Positions 52,597 to 64,000 of a DNA stretch of 64,000 nucleotides are shown piece after piece (the stretch's first letter is position 1; the number at the start of each line of letters is the position of its first letter). Under the pieces are notes generated by a model. That model had not been told where the DNA came from. It ran no database searches and saw nothing but the letters and a program-made list of their open reading frames with translations. The position numbers and the translations under genes are program-made. The stretch comes from Lytechinus pictus. Lineage: Eukaryota. The stretch spans positions 35,030,001 to 35,094,000 of the forward strand of contig NC_087254.1 in assembly GCF_037042905.1 (NCBI RefSeq). The letters run 5' to 3'.

Positions 52597-52694
52597 CTAA
52601 TCATTATCTTGATGAACGAGTTTAGATGGCCCAGCTTCTTCTCCTTCTGGGGGCATAACGAAAAGAAGTCGCTGCAAAAATATGGTTGCCCCAT
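52597..52694 (-). CDS. SLC7A11: SLC7 exon 10 (DGATIFLQRLLFVMPPEGEEAGPSKLVHQDND*)
   Basis: Family-typical T..LQ.L..V.P C-terminus, TAG at 52597-52599. Confidence 0.88.
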
Positions 52695-53048
52695 CTGTTA
52701 ATGGGAAAACAAGAGGAAAAAACCATTGACGTTTCGACATCTAAAACTTGGGAAGGGTGAAAATCTATAGCATAATGTACAGAATATTGAGACGCACACA
52801 CAGGGGGTACACATGTTACATTAACTAGTAGCTAAGACAATTAATTACACTTGTCAATTTTTTATCTTTAATTTTAACTTGTAACACCAAAAGAATAATA
52901 GAAATATGATAAATGAATGAAATAAATAATAAAACAATTATCAGAGGAAACTGAAAATATCATTAATCAAATCAAGAAGAAAACAAAAGACAGCAAAGAC
53001 TTAATAGAGTGTAATGTCATTTTTTAGGGTACAATGGCGATTACCTAC

Positions 53049-53226
53049 CCAGATTTTTATTGATCCAATCTGGTTTGTTCTTCCACCAAACACACAGGTA
53101 ATAGACTGGTATCCCGGCTAACATGATTCCTAAACCAATACCACAATCTACAGGACTGCTGTATAGTGACATACCAACTACGAAAAACGCACACAACACG
53201 AAGACTATCGGGACAACCAGAGGAAC
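53049..53226 (-). CDS. SLC7A11: SLC7 exon 9 (VPLVVPIVF...KPDWINKNL)
   Basis: 178 nt, AG/GTAGGT boundaries. Confidence 0.94.
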
Positions 53227-53870
53227 CTGCATTATATAGGAAAAACCAAAATGTAGAAAAGGGAATACAAAATAAAGTAACAAGCAACAGAGGTTTCTTG
53301 CACAAAGGACTACATTTCAACGCAAGTTCTGAAAACAATGTCCAATAATGAACAATGCTGAAGTCTCTGTTTAAAACCAAGCAACGACATGGCTGTACGC
53401 GGGGAACTTTTTTCTTCAGGGGGGGGGGGTGGGGCGCAAACATGTTAAGCATAATGCCAAATGGCCTATGCGAGGGAGCGAAGCTATTAGGGTGTGTTTC
53501 CTATAATTGAAATTAAAGGATCTGTGCACAATAAGGGTAACATTCTGTGAAAATATGAAATACCGGCAATGTGAAAAAAATCGGGGAGGGGGCAATTAAG
53601 ATCCGTCTTGCCCCCGACACAGTGCTCTATTCATTGAAACTTGTCCTCCAACCAAAACCCAAACCAACAATATTTTGCTCTCGACCAAATAGATTTCATA
53701 ATTACAGTGTTATAGTAGCTGGATAACTATCATCATGATCACTGGCGATAGCACCCGATCCTTTCCCAAAGGTAGATATAATCATGATAAAGATTTAACC
53801 TTTTGATGAATAAGAATCTACTTTCATATAGATGTAGAACAAAACGACAATATCCCAACTCTCCCTCGAA

Positions 53871-53978
53871 AATGATAATAATTATAATAATAATAATAAT
53901 AATTATAATGATTATAATGATGATAATAATAATAGTAATAATAATAATAGTAATCATAATAATAATAAGAAGAATAAT
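53871..53978. repeat. (AAT)n microsatellite
   Basis: Directly visible; explains the poly-Ile ORFs. Confidence 0.95.
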
Positions 53979-53998
53979 ACAAATAGACAATGAGGTAC

Positions 53999-54148
53999 CT
54001 TGAAAGGACGCTTGAGCTCGGGATATTTCCATCTGTAGTAAGGTATAACTGTGCACGTGATTCCGATGAAGAGCCATCGTGTGAAACTAAGATAGTTGAT
54101 AAGAGTTCCTACGTCATCACTTATCAACATCAAGAGGCAAATAGGTGC
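53999..54148 (-). CDS. SLC7A11: SLC7 exon 8 (APICLLML...INYLSFTRWLF...RPFK)
   Basis: 150 nt, AG/GTACCT boundaries. Confidence 0.94.
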
Positions 54149-55265
54149 CTGAAACAAAATCGAATTCAATAATTTCAAATTCAATTCTAACAGCACTTCA
54201 AGGGGTTGGGTAGGCAGTGGACAACTGCTCAGTTGATTTTTCAAGAAGCAAAGAAAAAAAAGAGAAAAATAAAGAAAAAAGAAATAACGGTATCAAAGAG
54301 ATTGGTCTAGTTCGTGCACTATTTTGTATTCGTCATTATATAGTTATAATGAACATTCCAGTATAGATCAGATGACCTTTTTGTGGCTAGTATTCCTGTA
54401 TGCTTAATGTGATCCCAGTTTCGACCTGATAATTACCCATTAGTTTATCTTTGTTCGAATGGTGTCAATTAATATTCTTTTGTCGATTGCCAACTTCCGA
54501 ATATGTATTCAGAAAGAGAAAGACCCAGAAACAATGATTATAACGATAAAATAAATAAAACATAGAAGATAATGGTAAACAAAATAAAAACCAATAATAT
54601 CAATGATAATATTAGCAGAAATGCAAGAATTACATTAATAGTAATAAAAATAATAATAATAATGATAATATTAATGACAAAAATAATATTGATTGTTTGA
54701 CTTAAAATTGCCCACATAGTGTCTGATTTAATGTCAATGGACAATAGACATAATTTAATTGAATAACAGAAACCCATCGGTTATGAGATTAGGAATGAAT
54801 CATTATACTTTTTTTAATATATAAAGACAGATGAGTTTTAAAAGAACAAGAAGGAGGTTGTTCCATTTTTTGGTACTGGACGTATAGAAACACCATCTCC
54901 GAGCATGTCATGCAAGGGTGATCTTTGTCTTCCAAAGACGGAATCAAGTGACTATCTAGTAGGATCAATGCTATAACTTATCTTAACTAAACAATGGGGA
55001 GTATCATCAAGAAGCAGCTAAATCCAACTATCCAGTGAACCGGAAGCCATTGATTTTTCATGAAGTATAGATTAGATGACTTAAGGGTTATGAAGAAAAA
55101 GTAAAATTTATAAAAAGAAAACTTATTGAAATGTTAGTGTAATGCAACTTTTATTTATTTTAACATTAACCACGCATTTTGAATAATTTCCCTTCTTAAC
55201 ATGAAAGTCAAAGCAAACTCTAAAATTCATTCAATTCAATACTAGACTTGACAACGTTGCCATAC

Positions 55266-55362
55266 CAGTATTGTGGCAGCCGGTAGAGGAGTCTTTCTGT
55301 CAATGTGTATCATCGATGCTATGGCAGGCATGTGACCTTCACGCGATGCGACCAGTAAGAAC
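55266..55362 (-). CDS. SLC7A11: SLC7 exon 7 (FLLVASREGHMP...TPLPAATIL)
   Basis: 97 nt, AG/GTATGG boundaries. Confidence 0.93.
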
Positions 55363-55715
55363 CTATTATGAAGATTATAGAGAGTATTTACCTTTGAACC
55401 ATTATCATCTCAACTTGTAGCAAAAAAAAAAAAATGTTAGAAACACCTTATATAAAATTATATCCGAAACGTTCAAGAGGACGATTAAAACACATAGGCC
55501 TATTGTCGTTTATAGGCACATCCATGTTAAAAATTTCTAGATGTGTCGCAGTCTACAGGGTGTACATTTCGGATCAGTCATGACATCGATTATATGCTAG
55601 AGTCACACCGCGGCGAAGCCTACTCCAAACCGACCGATAGTGCGTTACTGGTAATAACGCATTAGCCTTTGTCGGTCTGGAGACGTTTTCGCTGTTGTGA
55701 CTGCAGCAAAATTAC

Positions 55716-55819
55716 CTGGACAAACCAAATATTCCTCCATTGAGAGATCCGATGACCGAAAGAGCCACAGCAACACTCATTGTCCACCACCAACTTCCTA
55801 GTGCACGCTTGCCATAGTC
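55716..55819 (-). CDS. SLC7A11: SLC7 exon 6 (DYGKRALGSWWW...GSLNGGIFGLSR)
   Basis: 104 nt, AG/GTAATT boundaries. Confidence 0.93.
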
Positions 55820-56184
55820 CTAAAAATAATAATCATTCCATTACAATAGCGTTGGTACACTGAAAAAAAAAACACTGAGGTGTTAAAACCGACGACAGTT
55901 GGTGTCCCTAAAGGACCACACCTTTCCCCACTACTTGAAAAATTATAACAGGTGCTCCTTTTCCGTAGTGTCACCCCTGATCTGATCACGTGATGTCTTT
56001 TCTCTCCAAGAAGAGGCCTCCCAGAAAAAACAATATCCTTTATTAATAAGTCCTTTCCCTGGAAAGTGAAACCAACGTGCAGAGTTCAAAGTAAGTCGTC
56101 TTTAATATCAAATTTCTATGAATTTAGTCATGCATTTTGTTGATCATTGTACAAAATACTGGATAAATAATATAAATGCCTTAC

Positions 56185-56308
56185 CAATGCTACTGCATTA
56201 GATGCGAGCATCTCACTCTCGGATAGAACTGTGAAGTAAGCCACGTTGGTCAGGAGGTAAACCACGGTGATTATTATCATAGATATGATAATGGACAAAG
56301 GAACTGTT
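56185..56308 (-). CDS. SLC7A11: SLC7 exon 5 ([10 protein letters not shown]...ASNAVAL)
   Basis: 124 nt, AG/GTAAGG boundaries. Confidence 0.94.
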
Positions 56309-56689
56309 CTGAAAGTATAATCGCAAATCTTGCTTGAATACAACTTGCAACAACTTTTTTCTTCTTGACTTTACCCTCATCCACCCGTTCTATTTTTCAA
56401 AATCATAATTCAACCTTATGATATAATTCGTCTATAATTTATAAAGGTAAAGTTGGTCTACAGATAGACACTAACTTTATTCAGCTTAAAATGAAATAAT
56501 AATTGAATGACGTATTTAGGAGAAAAATAGCCTTGAAATCTATGCACAATCAGCATCATCATAATCATCGTGGTCGTCATCATCATCATGATCATCATCA
56601 CAATCATCATCATCCTCAAACACCACCAGTGTCGTCATCATCATCGTCGTAATTTTGGTTACATTTCCACATTTTTCACACTTTCCAGA

Positions 56690-57930
56690 ATTCCAAGGGG
56701 TGCTGCCAATGGAGAATGATACACGCAGCCAGTTGCATGCCGTGGGTCAAGGCATGGGGGCACCCCACCATTAAAAAAATTTGAGTCACTAAGTGGGCGC
56801 GCGAAGCGCGCTCAATTGCCAGGTACTGACCCAACAGAGACATTTTAAGGACTGTGCCATTACACAGATATGTATCTCATTAATTAAATAATGCGAGCGC
56901 GAACTGAAAATTCTTGATATTCAGACCTAAAAAAAGGGACATTATAAGCAAATTTTTAAAATCATGACACGTATCTATCTCACAAAACGAACATTGTGAG
57001 CGCGAAGAGCGGGCTGAAATGTGTGTATATATTGACACCAACTAAGGACATTTTAAAGATGATCTTTTTAGGAATTCACAAAGAACATACATATCTCACC
57101 ATAGTCTTCTAATGTGAGCGCCAAGCGCTTGAGTTTGTTAGAATTACACCTGAACACATGAATCACTTTTTGTTGTCATTGTAATCATGCACATGATACG
57201 TATCTCTCTAATAAAATATTGAGAGTGCGAGCTGATTTTTTTTTTATTCGTACCTGAAGAGGGGCATTCTAAGGCTTTTTTGTAGGAATTCACTAAGACC
57301 ATATACGTATTTCACTAACCAAATGATGCGAAGCTCGAGCTGAAAAATTTTGATATTTAGACCAGAAAAGCGACATTTCAAGGACTGTTAACATGGTTAA
57401 TAGGAATTCATAGAGAGCAGACATATCTAACCAATCCACTAATGCAAACGTATGTACGGACTGGTAATGTTTTATATTTAGACCTTAAAACCTTTAAGTA
57501 GTCAAGAAAAAGAAGCATATGTCACGTGACAATGCTAACTCGAAGTGGGAGGACATATATTTGGTGTATATTGACTTGAAAACAGGATGCTTTAGTACAT
57601 GATCTTATTAAACAGATAATGCGAGCATGCACCAGGAATGATTAACACATAGGCCCTAAGCAAATTATTTTATATATGTTATGTGACATCATATATAAAT
57701 GTATATGATATAATATAACATAATATGATATACAATAATAATTTCTTCCCCCACTACATTTCTTTTTCTTTCTCTCTCTTTTTCTCCTTTTCTCTCGTTT
57801 TTTTGCCAGCCGATGGGGGGGGGGGGGGGGGGGGGGCACGTGACATCCATATTTACGCCATTGCACGTAGCACCCCCCTCCAGGAAAATCTGGGGGGGGG
57901 GTGCTGAAGCTTCCCAAGGTCATGGTCACA
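56690..57930. mobile_element. Degenerate element of the GCGAGCGCGAAGCGCGAGC repeat family
   Basis: Recurring GCGAGCGCGAA-type motifs about every 110-120 bp and poly-G tracts as at 22.2 kb and 48.4 kb; ends unclear. Confidence 0.6.
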
Positions 57931-58713
57931 CTGGCCTAACTACAACTGGCAGGCCAAAGATATTCATTCGAGCCAACCCATTGCTGAATTTTGAAATTTG
58001 ATATTGCTGATTGACAAAAATGAATGAATATGATTGATAATCTAACACTGATTCTAGGGAGGGTACCTACTGAACTTCCTTTTTCCAAATTGGAAAGATA
58101 TATCACTACCTTGGAACTATTTTTTTTTACTGGCGGAAGAATTAGGGCCATTTTACTCTCTCAAGTGATGAATTTGATCCTGTCAGGTGTAGTATTCATA
58201 AATGCTGATTTATTTTTAAAATGAGCTGGTCGAGGTACCCTTTTCTGGTCAGATATGGAATGTCAGACATACATCCTGTCCACTGGTAGTAAACATTCAA
58301 CCCTCGAATTTCCTCCTTATTTTTTATGAATTTTTTTAAAGTGCCACTTTAACACACGAGTCTATGGGAAATTGTGATATCTCATGCTTCGAACAAAACA
58401 GCACGCCATAACAAAAAATCTCGTCGCAGTTATCTCCCCTGTTGTCGTCTTTTAAATCCGTTGATGTCCACTATAAAAAGATGATTATTTCAATTTTGTT
58501 GATACAACTCCAATGAGGAACAAATTCACCCTATAATAAATTATACATGGGCTATTCATTTGAAAATCTAGAAGTTTTAACATGCTGATTGAAAAAAAAA
58601 ATGTTTTATTAACGGGCTAATCTACAAGAATTTATCAAATTAAAAGTGTAAATTATGAAATATTCATGATCAAATGTTGCGGGTAGAATTTGTCTCAAAG
58701 AACCATTACTTAC

Positions 58714-58758
58714 CTGGACGGGTTGATTATTTCTTCCGTCACCAGAGTAAGGTATTGC
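58714..58758 (-). CDS. SLC7A11: SLC7 exon 4 (QYLTLVTEEIINPSR)
   Basis: 45 nt, AG/GTAAGT boundaries. Confidence 0.92.
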
Positions 58759-58872
58759 CTAGGAAAAAAATAAATTAAAAAATAATTTTTTGAATATTGT
58801 TTTTAACTCAATAGCGATAAAGTTATATTTAAGTTATCTTACAATACACAAATGAAATTTCAAATTTCTTAC

Positions 58873-58972
58873 CATCCCGAGTAGGCGAAAAGTCCTGAAT
58901 AAATGGCGAGTGGAAATGTTTGGAAATTGAATTTCGATGTGTCGAAAGCATTCTCAAAATTAGAGGTTTGAC
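58873..58972 (-). CDS. SLC7A11: SLC7 exon 3 (GQTSNFENAF...LAIYSGLFAYSGW)
   Basis: 100 nt, TM6 motif, AG/GTAAGA boundaries. Confidence 0.94.
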
Positions 58973-59287
58973 CTGTGGGAATATAAACAAGAAGTAAAGA
59001 CTTCTGAAAGACAACTTTTTCATTATTTCATTGTTATTTCATATTACTGCATGGATCTAAAAACTGTGAGGTGAGTATTCATTGTGAAGACTATAAAACG
59101 GTGAGGTAAGTTTTTTTTGTCAAGACTAAAATACTTCTTTGTTTATTTCATATGGTCATACAGCTTATTTGTATAAATATCAAAATAATAAATTGAAAGT
59201 GAATTATGTTTCATTGAAAATCATACTTTCTCATCAAAAGGCCGTTTATTGATATCAGCTTTGTGTCAGCGTGAAAAAAATACTTAC

Positions 59288-59413
59288 CATTGGCAAGCTG
59301 AACAATTCCTGATATGATAATGACGGCTAACCCAAGGAGTTTGGCCACGGTGAAAACTACCTGTATCCTTCGACTCAACGGAACACTCAGGCTGTTCACG
59401 AAAAAGATGGTAC
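59288..59413 (-). CDS. SLC7A11: SLC7 exon 2 (CTIFFVNSLSV...IVQLAN)
   Basis: 126 nt, AG/GTAAGT boundaries. Confidence 0.93.
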
Positions 59414-59689
59414 CTAGAATTAATTCGAAGCCCAGAACAAAGAAGACATAAAAATGAGTCATATTGGTGTGACCATTATTTATAAGCTGACAAAACAAGA
59501 AATAATATTCAAATGTGATATTCTCTCTGTTTGCCTCGAGAAAATCAGAAGAAATGTATGGTACATCATCAAATGTAAATATGATAAATATTCATCTAGA
59601 TTTGAAGTTGGAAAAAAATCCAGTTGGTCAAATTGATAATCTCATATGTTATATTAACAATATACATGTACTTGAAGCTATATACTTAC

Positions 59690-60176
59690 AAAGCACACAT
59701 GCCGCGACAAGACGAAGTACATTGGGAGGAACGTCGCAATTGGGATAAAAGGGAAGGAGAATATAAGTGACACACGTTAAGGACAAGACCGCAGAAGATG
59801 CAGTTCTTATGGATACCACACTCGTCCAGAGCCTCAAGAAGGCGGGAATCGGACCATACGCTTCAAGGAGGTAGGAGAAGTCCCCTCCGGATACAGGGAA
59901 GGTCGTACCGAGCTCTGCGTAACACAGGGCACCTAACATGGAGAGAATTCCGCATAGACACCAGATCATCAGCGCCCACCCGATCCCTCCAGAATTCTCC
60001 AAGACGTTTGTAGGAGAGACAAAGATACCGGATCCTATGATCTGGCCAACAGTGAGTGCGATACTGTCTATCAGGGTCACCTGACGGGTTAGACGGACAG
60101 CTGCGCCATCATCCTCCTGGACAACCTGGCTGAGATCCTTACCACCGCTATCAGGGGTCTTTCGAAGTCGGACCAT
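59690..60176 (-). CDS. SLC7A11: SLC7 exon 1 (MVRLRKTPD...LVAACVL)
   Basis: 487 nt, GSG motif, GTAAGT donor. Confidence 0.93.
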
Positions 60177-61798
60177 TGCAGATGAAGGACTGCTGAATCT
60201 ACATGATTATTGCAGATTAAGTAGGTGTGAGGCTGAGATAGGTTAAGGGTTAAGCCGTCACACTCCGACGTAGATGAGCATATTTTAAAATTAATTCTCT
60301 ATAAATGTAAATCAATTGTTTCTTTGATTGATAATTTAATCAAGCCTAGAAAGTAACATCAACCACAGAAAACAACACATAACAACTCCTTTCATCTTTT
60401 CACTTCTGTTTTACTGCGATGCAAATAGAACAAAACCACAGTCTGCTATGGGGGTAATGGTTACATTGTTTTCCATGGAATTACATTAGTTGTGGCCCAT
60501 AAACATGATAAAAAGAATGTACTTTGGACATCATAAAGTAAATATACAAAAACTATCGTCTTTTGTCAACCATGATCAAATAGCTGGCTCCATGTTTCCG
60601 AATTGTCAGCAGTATTTTTTCCCTGTCAATATAATTATATATCTGCTGCTATACGGTATATGTTATTCGAATGTTAATCAAGGGGGGGGGGTGATTGTAT
60701 TTGTGGGTAGGGGTTGGTAAGAAGCAAGGAAGGGAAACGACCGAGAGGTCAGAAGGTGTGTGAGAAGTTCTGCTTTATTTAGCGCTTTGAGGGGAGGGAA
60801 CTCGCAACATGTGAGGGGCGCTGTAAGATGTATTTTTCCCCAAAAAGAAATTTCGTGGGGGGGGGGGGATGCAACTGAGCGAAGCGACGACGCTAGACAT
60901 CTGTAACTATCTATAACCTATATGACGTAAAAATTGAATATTTTAGTAAACGGGGGTTGTCAGATGATCCTTAAAAAATCTGTTGCTTATTTGAGAGTGA
61001 ACATTACGGCCGACCGAGAAATTCGGTTTTCGTTGTACAAACCTTTGGTGCTATAAACCTTACAATATTTGTATACAGTTTTTATTTAATGTTTGATTGT
61101 GGGAGTAGTGGGAGAGTATTTGCATCTTCTGACGGCTTGAATTCAGAAGTTAACCAATCAACGAGGGGAGAGGGGGGTGATTCCCTTGTTGCCTTCCTTA
61201 GCTACGCCTCATCATCTCTCCTTTTTTGTTATTCTTTAATCATGCTTTTGCATTATTCTCTATAGACAGAAACGGATACAAATCATAACATAAATTTTGA
61301 GGCTTGTATGAATTAAAAGATGCATTAATTCTTTTCGTTATGTCCTTTGTGTAAAAATTCGGGTGCCATTTTGTACTTTATCAGATTACCATTACCAATT
61401 AAAGGTTAGTTTTGCAAGCCTTGATGATACAGATTTACATCCAGAAAACTTCAAACCATTGACAATCCACCAATATTTTATCGGAAATAATGATAAAGAT
61501 GACAAAAATAATCATTATTCTTGTATTTTATTATTATATAACAATCGAAGTAAAAGAAGTATATCTAGGCTTTTACATGCTCTTACATGCGAGTATACTT
61601 ATATTACTACATACAAATCACATACAAATGTTGGCAAACGTACTTTATTTCATAAGACCGTGAATTTCGTCAAGAAATTACAAAATAATTTACAACAAAA
61701 TACATTTAATGCTCATCTGTTTTAATCTTATTTATTTGTTTGATGCTTATGTATTGACTTTCTATTTCTTTAATTACAAAAACAATATTATGGTCCAT

Positions 61799-62054
61799 TT
61801 ATGTAGCGCAGCTATTGTAATTGTATATACTCTACTGCGCTTGATACTTGGTATCATAATCCCGGCTGCAGCTGAGCCGCCATATAGGCGCTAAAGCATT
61901 CAAGGAATAAAGTCTACCGGGTACCCATTCACCTCACCTGGGTCGAGTGAAGCACAATGTTGGTAAATTCCTTGCTGAAGGAAAACACGCCAAGGCTGGA
62001 ATTCGAACCCACGTCCCTCTAATTGAAAGACGTGAGTCGTAACCACTAGACCAC
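61799..62054 (-). mobile_element. tRNA-derived SINE, the best-preserved copy
   Basis: Minus strand: A box TGGTCTAGTGG, B box GGTTCGAATTCC, then the central domain CTTCAGCAAG...CCCAGGTGAGGTGAATGGGTACC. Confidence 0.8.
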
Positions 62055-62820
62055 TTTGAATGTATTTCTTTGTCCATTTATCCATCTATACGTTAGCTTA
62101 CCACCGTTCATTCTCTTTGAAAAGGTTGGATGTCATGGTTTTCCATCTTTCTCTGTCCAGTGCAATCTCACAACATTCATTTTATCATTCTGTCCATCAT
62201 ATCCTCGATAATTCCAAGCCAGCTTTCCCGTTTCCGACCTCTTTCGCTTCTGCCTTCACTTTTTTCCCTCCATGATTTTCTTTTTGCAAAGATTCGCGTC
62301 TTCTTAGAATTTGCGTTTCTTTATTGATATTAATAGTTCCTTCCGTGTAAGATCCATAAGTTTCAGGACATCATCGTTTGTTATCCTCTCTTACACTAAT
62401 AAATTTATTATCATGTTAAATAATTTTCGTACTTTGAAAGAAGAACAATTTACATTTTCAAAACAAAGACTATAGTATATAAATAAATCATTTCAGCTAC
62501 ATATTCAATCATATTGACAGTGATAATCAATACATTATGAAATGATAATATCTACTTCGATAATGCGAGAAAGTGGGCAGTGCTGAATAGTTAACTGTAA
62601 AGTAAAAAAAAAAATTGTTTATGTTAATGCAGATAGCCATACGCATTACGGGGGGGGGGGGGGGAGGGGTCATAAATTAGATGAAGGGTGCATCAAATCC
62701 TTAGTGATAAGCTTAGCTATTTTGTTCCCTCGCTTTGTATGCTTTCGAGGAATTAAAATATTCATGCCCCCCGCCCCTAAGGAAAAAATTGCGTACGGCC
62801 TTGAGTTCACGCGACGGTCA

Positions 62821-62885
62821 TTAGTCCTCTCCTTCCTCCGGGGGCACAACAAAGAGGATCTGCTGTAAAAATATGGTTGCTCGAT
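62821..62885 (-). CDS. Tandem SLC7 paralog, last exon (DRATIFLQQILFVVPPEEGED*)
   Basis: CAG acceptor, phase 1, homologous to 52597-52694, TAA at 62821-62823. Confidence 0.88.
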
Positions 62886-63440
62886 CTGTTAAAAGAAACA
62901 CAGACAGAAAAGGAAAATGAAAAGTTACAGTGTCACGTAATATATGAAAGAGACTATACGGATGGCCGTACGCAGGAATATTTTTTTCCTAGAGGCAGGA
63001 CGCGTAAATTTTTTCGAAGAAACTCAAAAGCGAGGGAACGATGTGACCAAGCTTGCTATTTGGGTGCTTTGCATTTTCTAAAGTGAAATCGAAGGAATTT
63101 GTGACACTGTGTGAATATTGTGAAAACTTTCAGTAAAATGTAAGTTTTCAAAATTTCTGAGGGGAAACTGCCCCCTCCCCTCCCCCACCCCGCTGCGTAT
63201 ACGGCAATGGCCATACGGATGTTTAGAGAAGCCACGTTGCTTTGAAGAAGATCATAAGAGAACACAGAAGATAGATCTTAGCAGCTAAGATTTAAGACCG
63301 CAATTGTTGGCATTAAATTAGCAGTTGATTATGAGTTATTTTACCACACCTTCTTATCAATGAAAAAAATCATAATTTTATTATTATTATTTTTTTTTTT
63401 TTTTTGGGGGGGAGGGGGCGGGTCTATAGGATTTACTTAC

Positions 63441-63618
63441 CCAATTTATTGTTGATCCAATCTGGTTTGTTCTTCCACCAAACACACAGGTAATAGACTG
63501 GTATCCCGGCTAACATGATTCCTAAACCAATACCACAATCTACAGGACTGCTGTATAGTGACATACCAACCACGAAAAACGCACACAGCACGAAAACTAT
63601 CGGGACAACCAGAGGAAC
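63441..63618 (-). CDS. Tandem SLC7 paralog, penultimate exon (the gene continues beyond the window)
   Basis: 178 nt, 171/178 identical to 53049-53226, AG/GTAAGT boundaries. Confidence 0.92.
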
Positions 63619-64000
63619 CTACAGAGAGAAAATTATAAAGTTTGATAATTCTTGGTGTCATACGATTCAGAAAAATATTATTACATTCGAATAATACAGA
63701 CAGTAGTTACGAAATATTATTATGCATTTCCCATTTTTCCGAATATTTCTATTCGTTTCTAACACATTTACGCAGTACACCATTCTTAAACCCTCCTTAA
63801 ACCCTCCATACGTTGCAGAGCGAAAACTCCCTGTATACCGCCACCACGGGAGCGTTTCATGAACGTTAATAATTTTAACAACAAATATTCATAAAATGTT
63901 CCATTGGTGAAAAATTTCTTTCAAACTAATGTTTAACACTTACAATGCGACAAAATCTGGTCCATGGTAACATTGCTTCTCAGCCAAAGAAATTCGAGAA

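Larger units (their letters stand above)
52597..60176 (-). other. SLC7A11: Gene span (start to stop): SLC7 L-type amino-acid transporter light chain, cystine/glutamate transporter (xCT)-like, 10 coding exons, 502 aa
   Basis: Exons of 487/126/100/45/124/104/97/150/178/98 nt splice in frame; IIGSGIFVSP, LCYAELGT, heavy-chain-linking Cys in PFYPNC, GLFAYSGW, SREGHMP, FTRWLF, RPFKVP. The family is secure; exact orthology within SLC7A5-11 is less so. Confidence 0.85.

Noticed and set aside
52720-52770. Second hammerhead candidate (GAAACGTC on the minus strand)
   Set aside because: No CUGANGA box at the required position
53739-54003. Poly-Ile ORFs
   Set aside because: (AAT)n microsatellite within an SLC7 intron
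60400-61130. ATF4/AARE-like motifs upstream of SLC7 (CGATGCAAA, TGACGTAA, GATGCAAAT)
   Set aside because: Imperfect short matches in AT-rich DNA with unknown TSS; expected by chance

Overview
Animal genomic DNA, AT-rich with GT-AG introns; the repeat content suggests an echinoderm, probably a sea urchin (inference). All genes lie on the minus strand and were spliced by hand: (1) protein disulfide-isomerase P4HB/PDIA1, 11 coding exons at 4551-21478, 495 aa, with signal peptide, two WCGHC sites and C-terminal KDEL; (2) Rho GDP-dissociation inhibitor, 5 coding exons at 29980-36715, 199 aa, with a probable non-coding first exon near 46.2-46.4 kb; (3) a complete SLC7 light-chain amino-acid transporter most like xCT/SLC7A11, 10 coding exons at 52597-60176, 502 aa; (4) the last two exons of a tandem SLC7 paralog at 62821-63618. 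Introns and intergenic DNA are packed with non-autonomous DNA transposons (Tc1/pogo/Tc2-, hAT-, Kolobok-, Harbinger- and piggyBac-like), tRNA-derived SINEs, a LINE fragment, a decayed ~3-kb hAT-like transposon nested in a MITE, and one assembly gap. Most short ORFs in the supplied track are spurious. Highlights: the ancient RhoGDI-PDI gene pair next to an xCT-like tandem array, twin ERSE-like elements in the PDI promoter, apparent exon-limited gene conversion between the SLC7 paralogs, a 522-bp foldback in PDI intron 1, and a hammerhead-ribozyme-like motif. I found no clearly new biological system.
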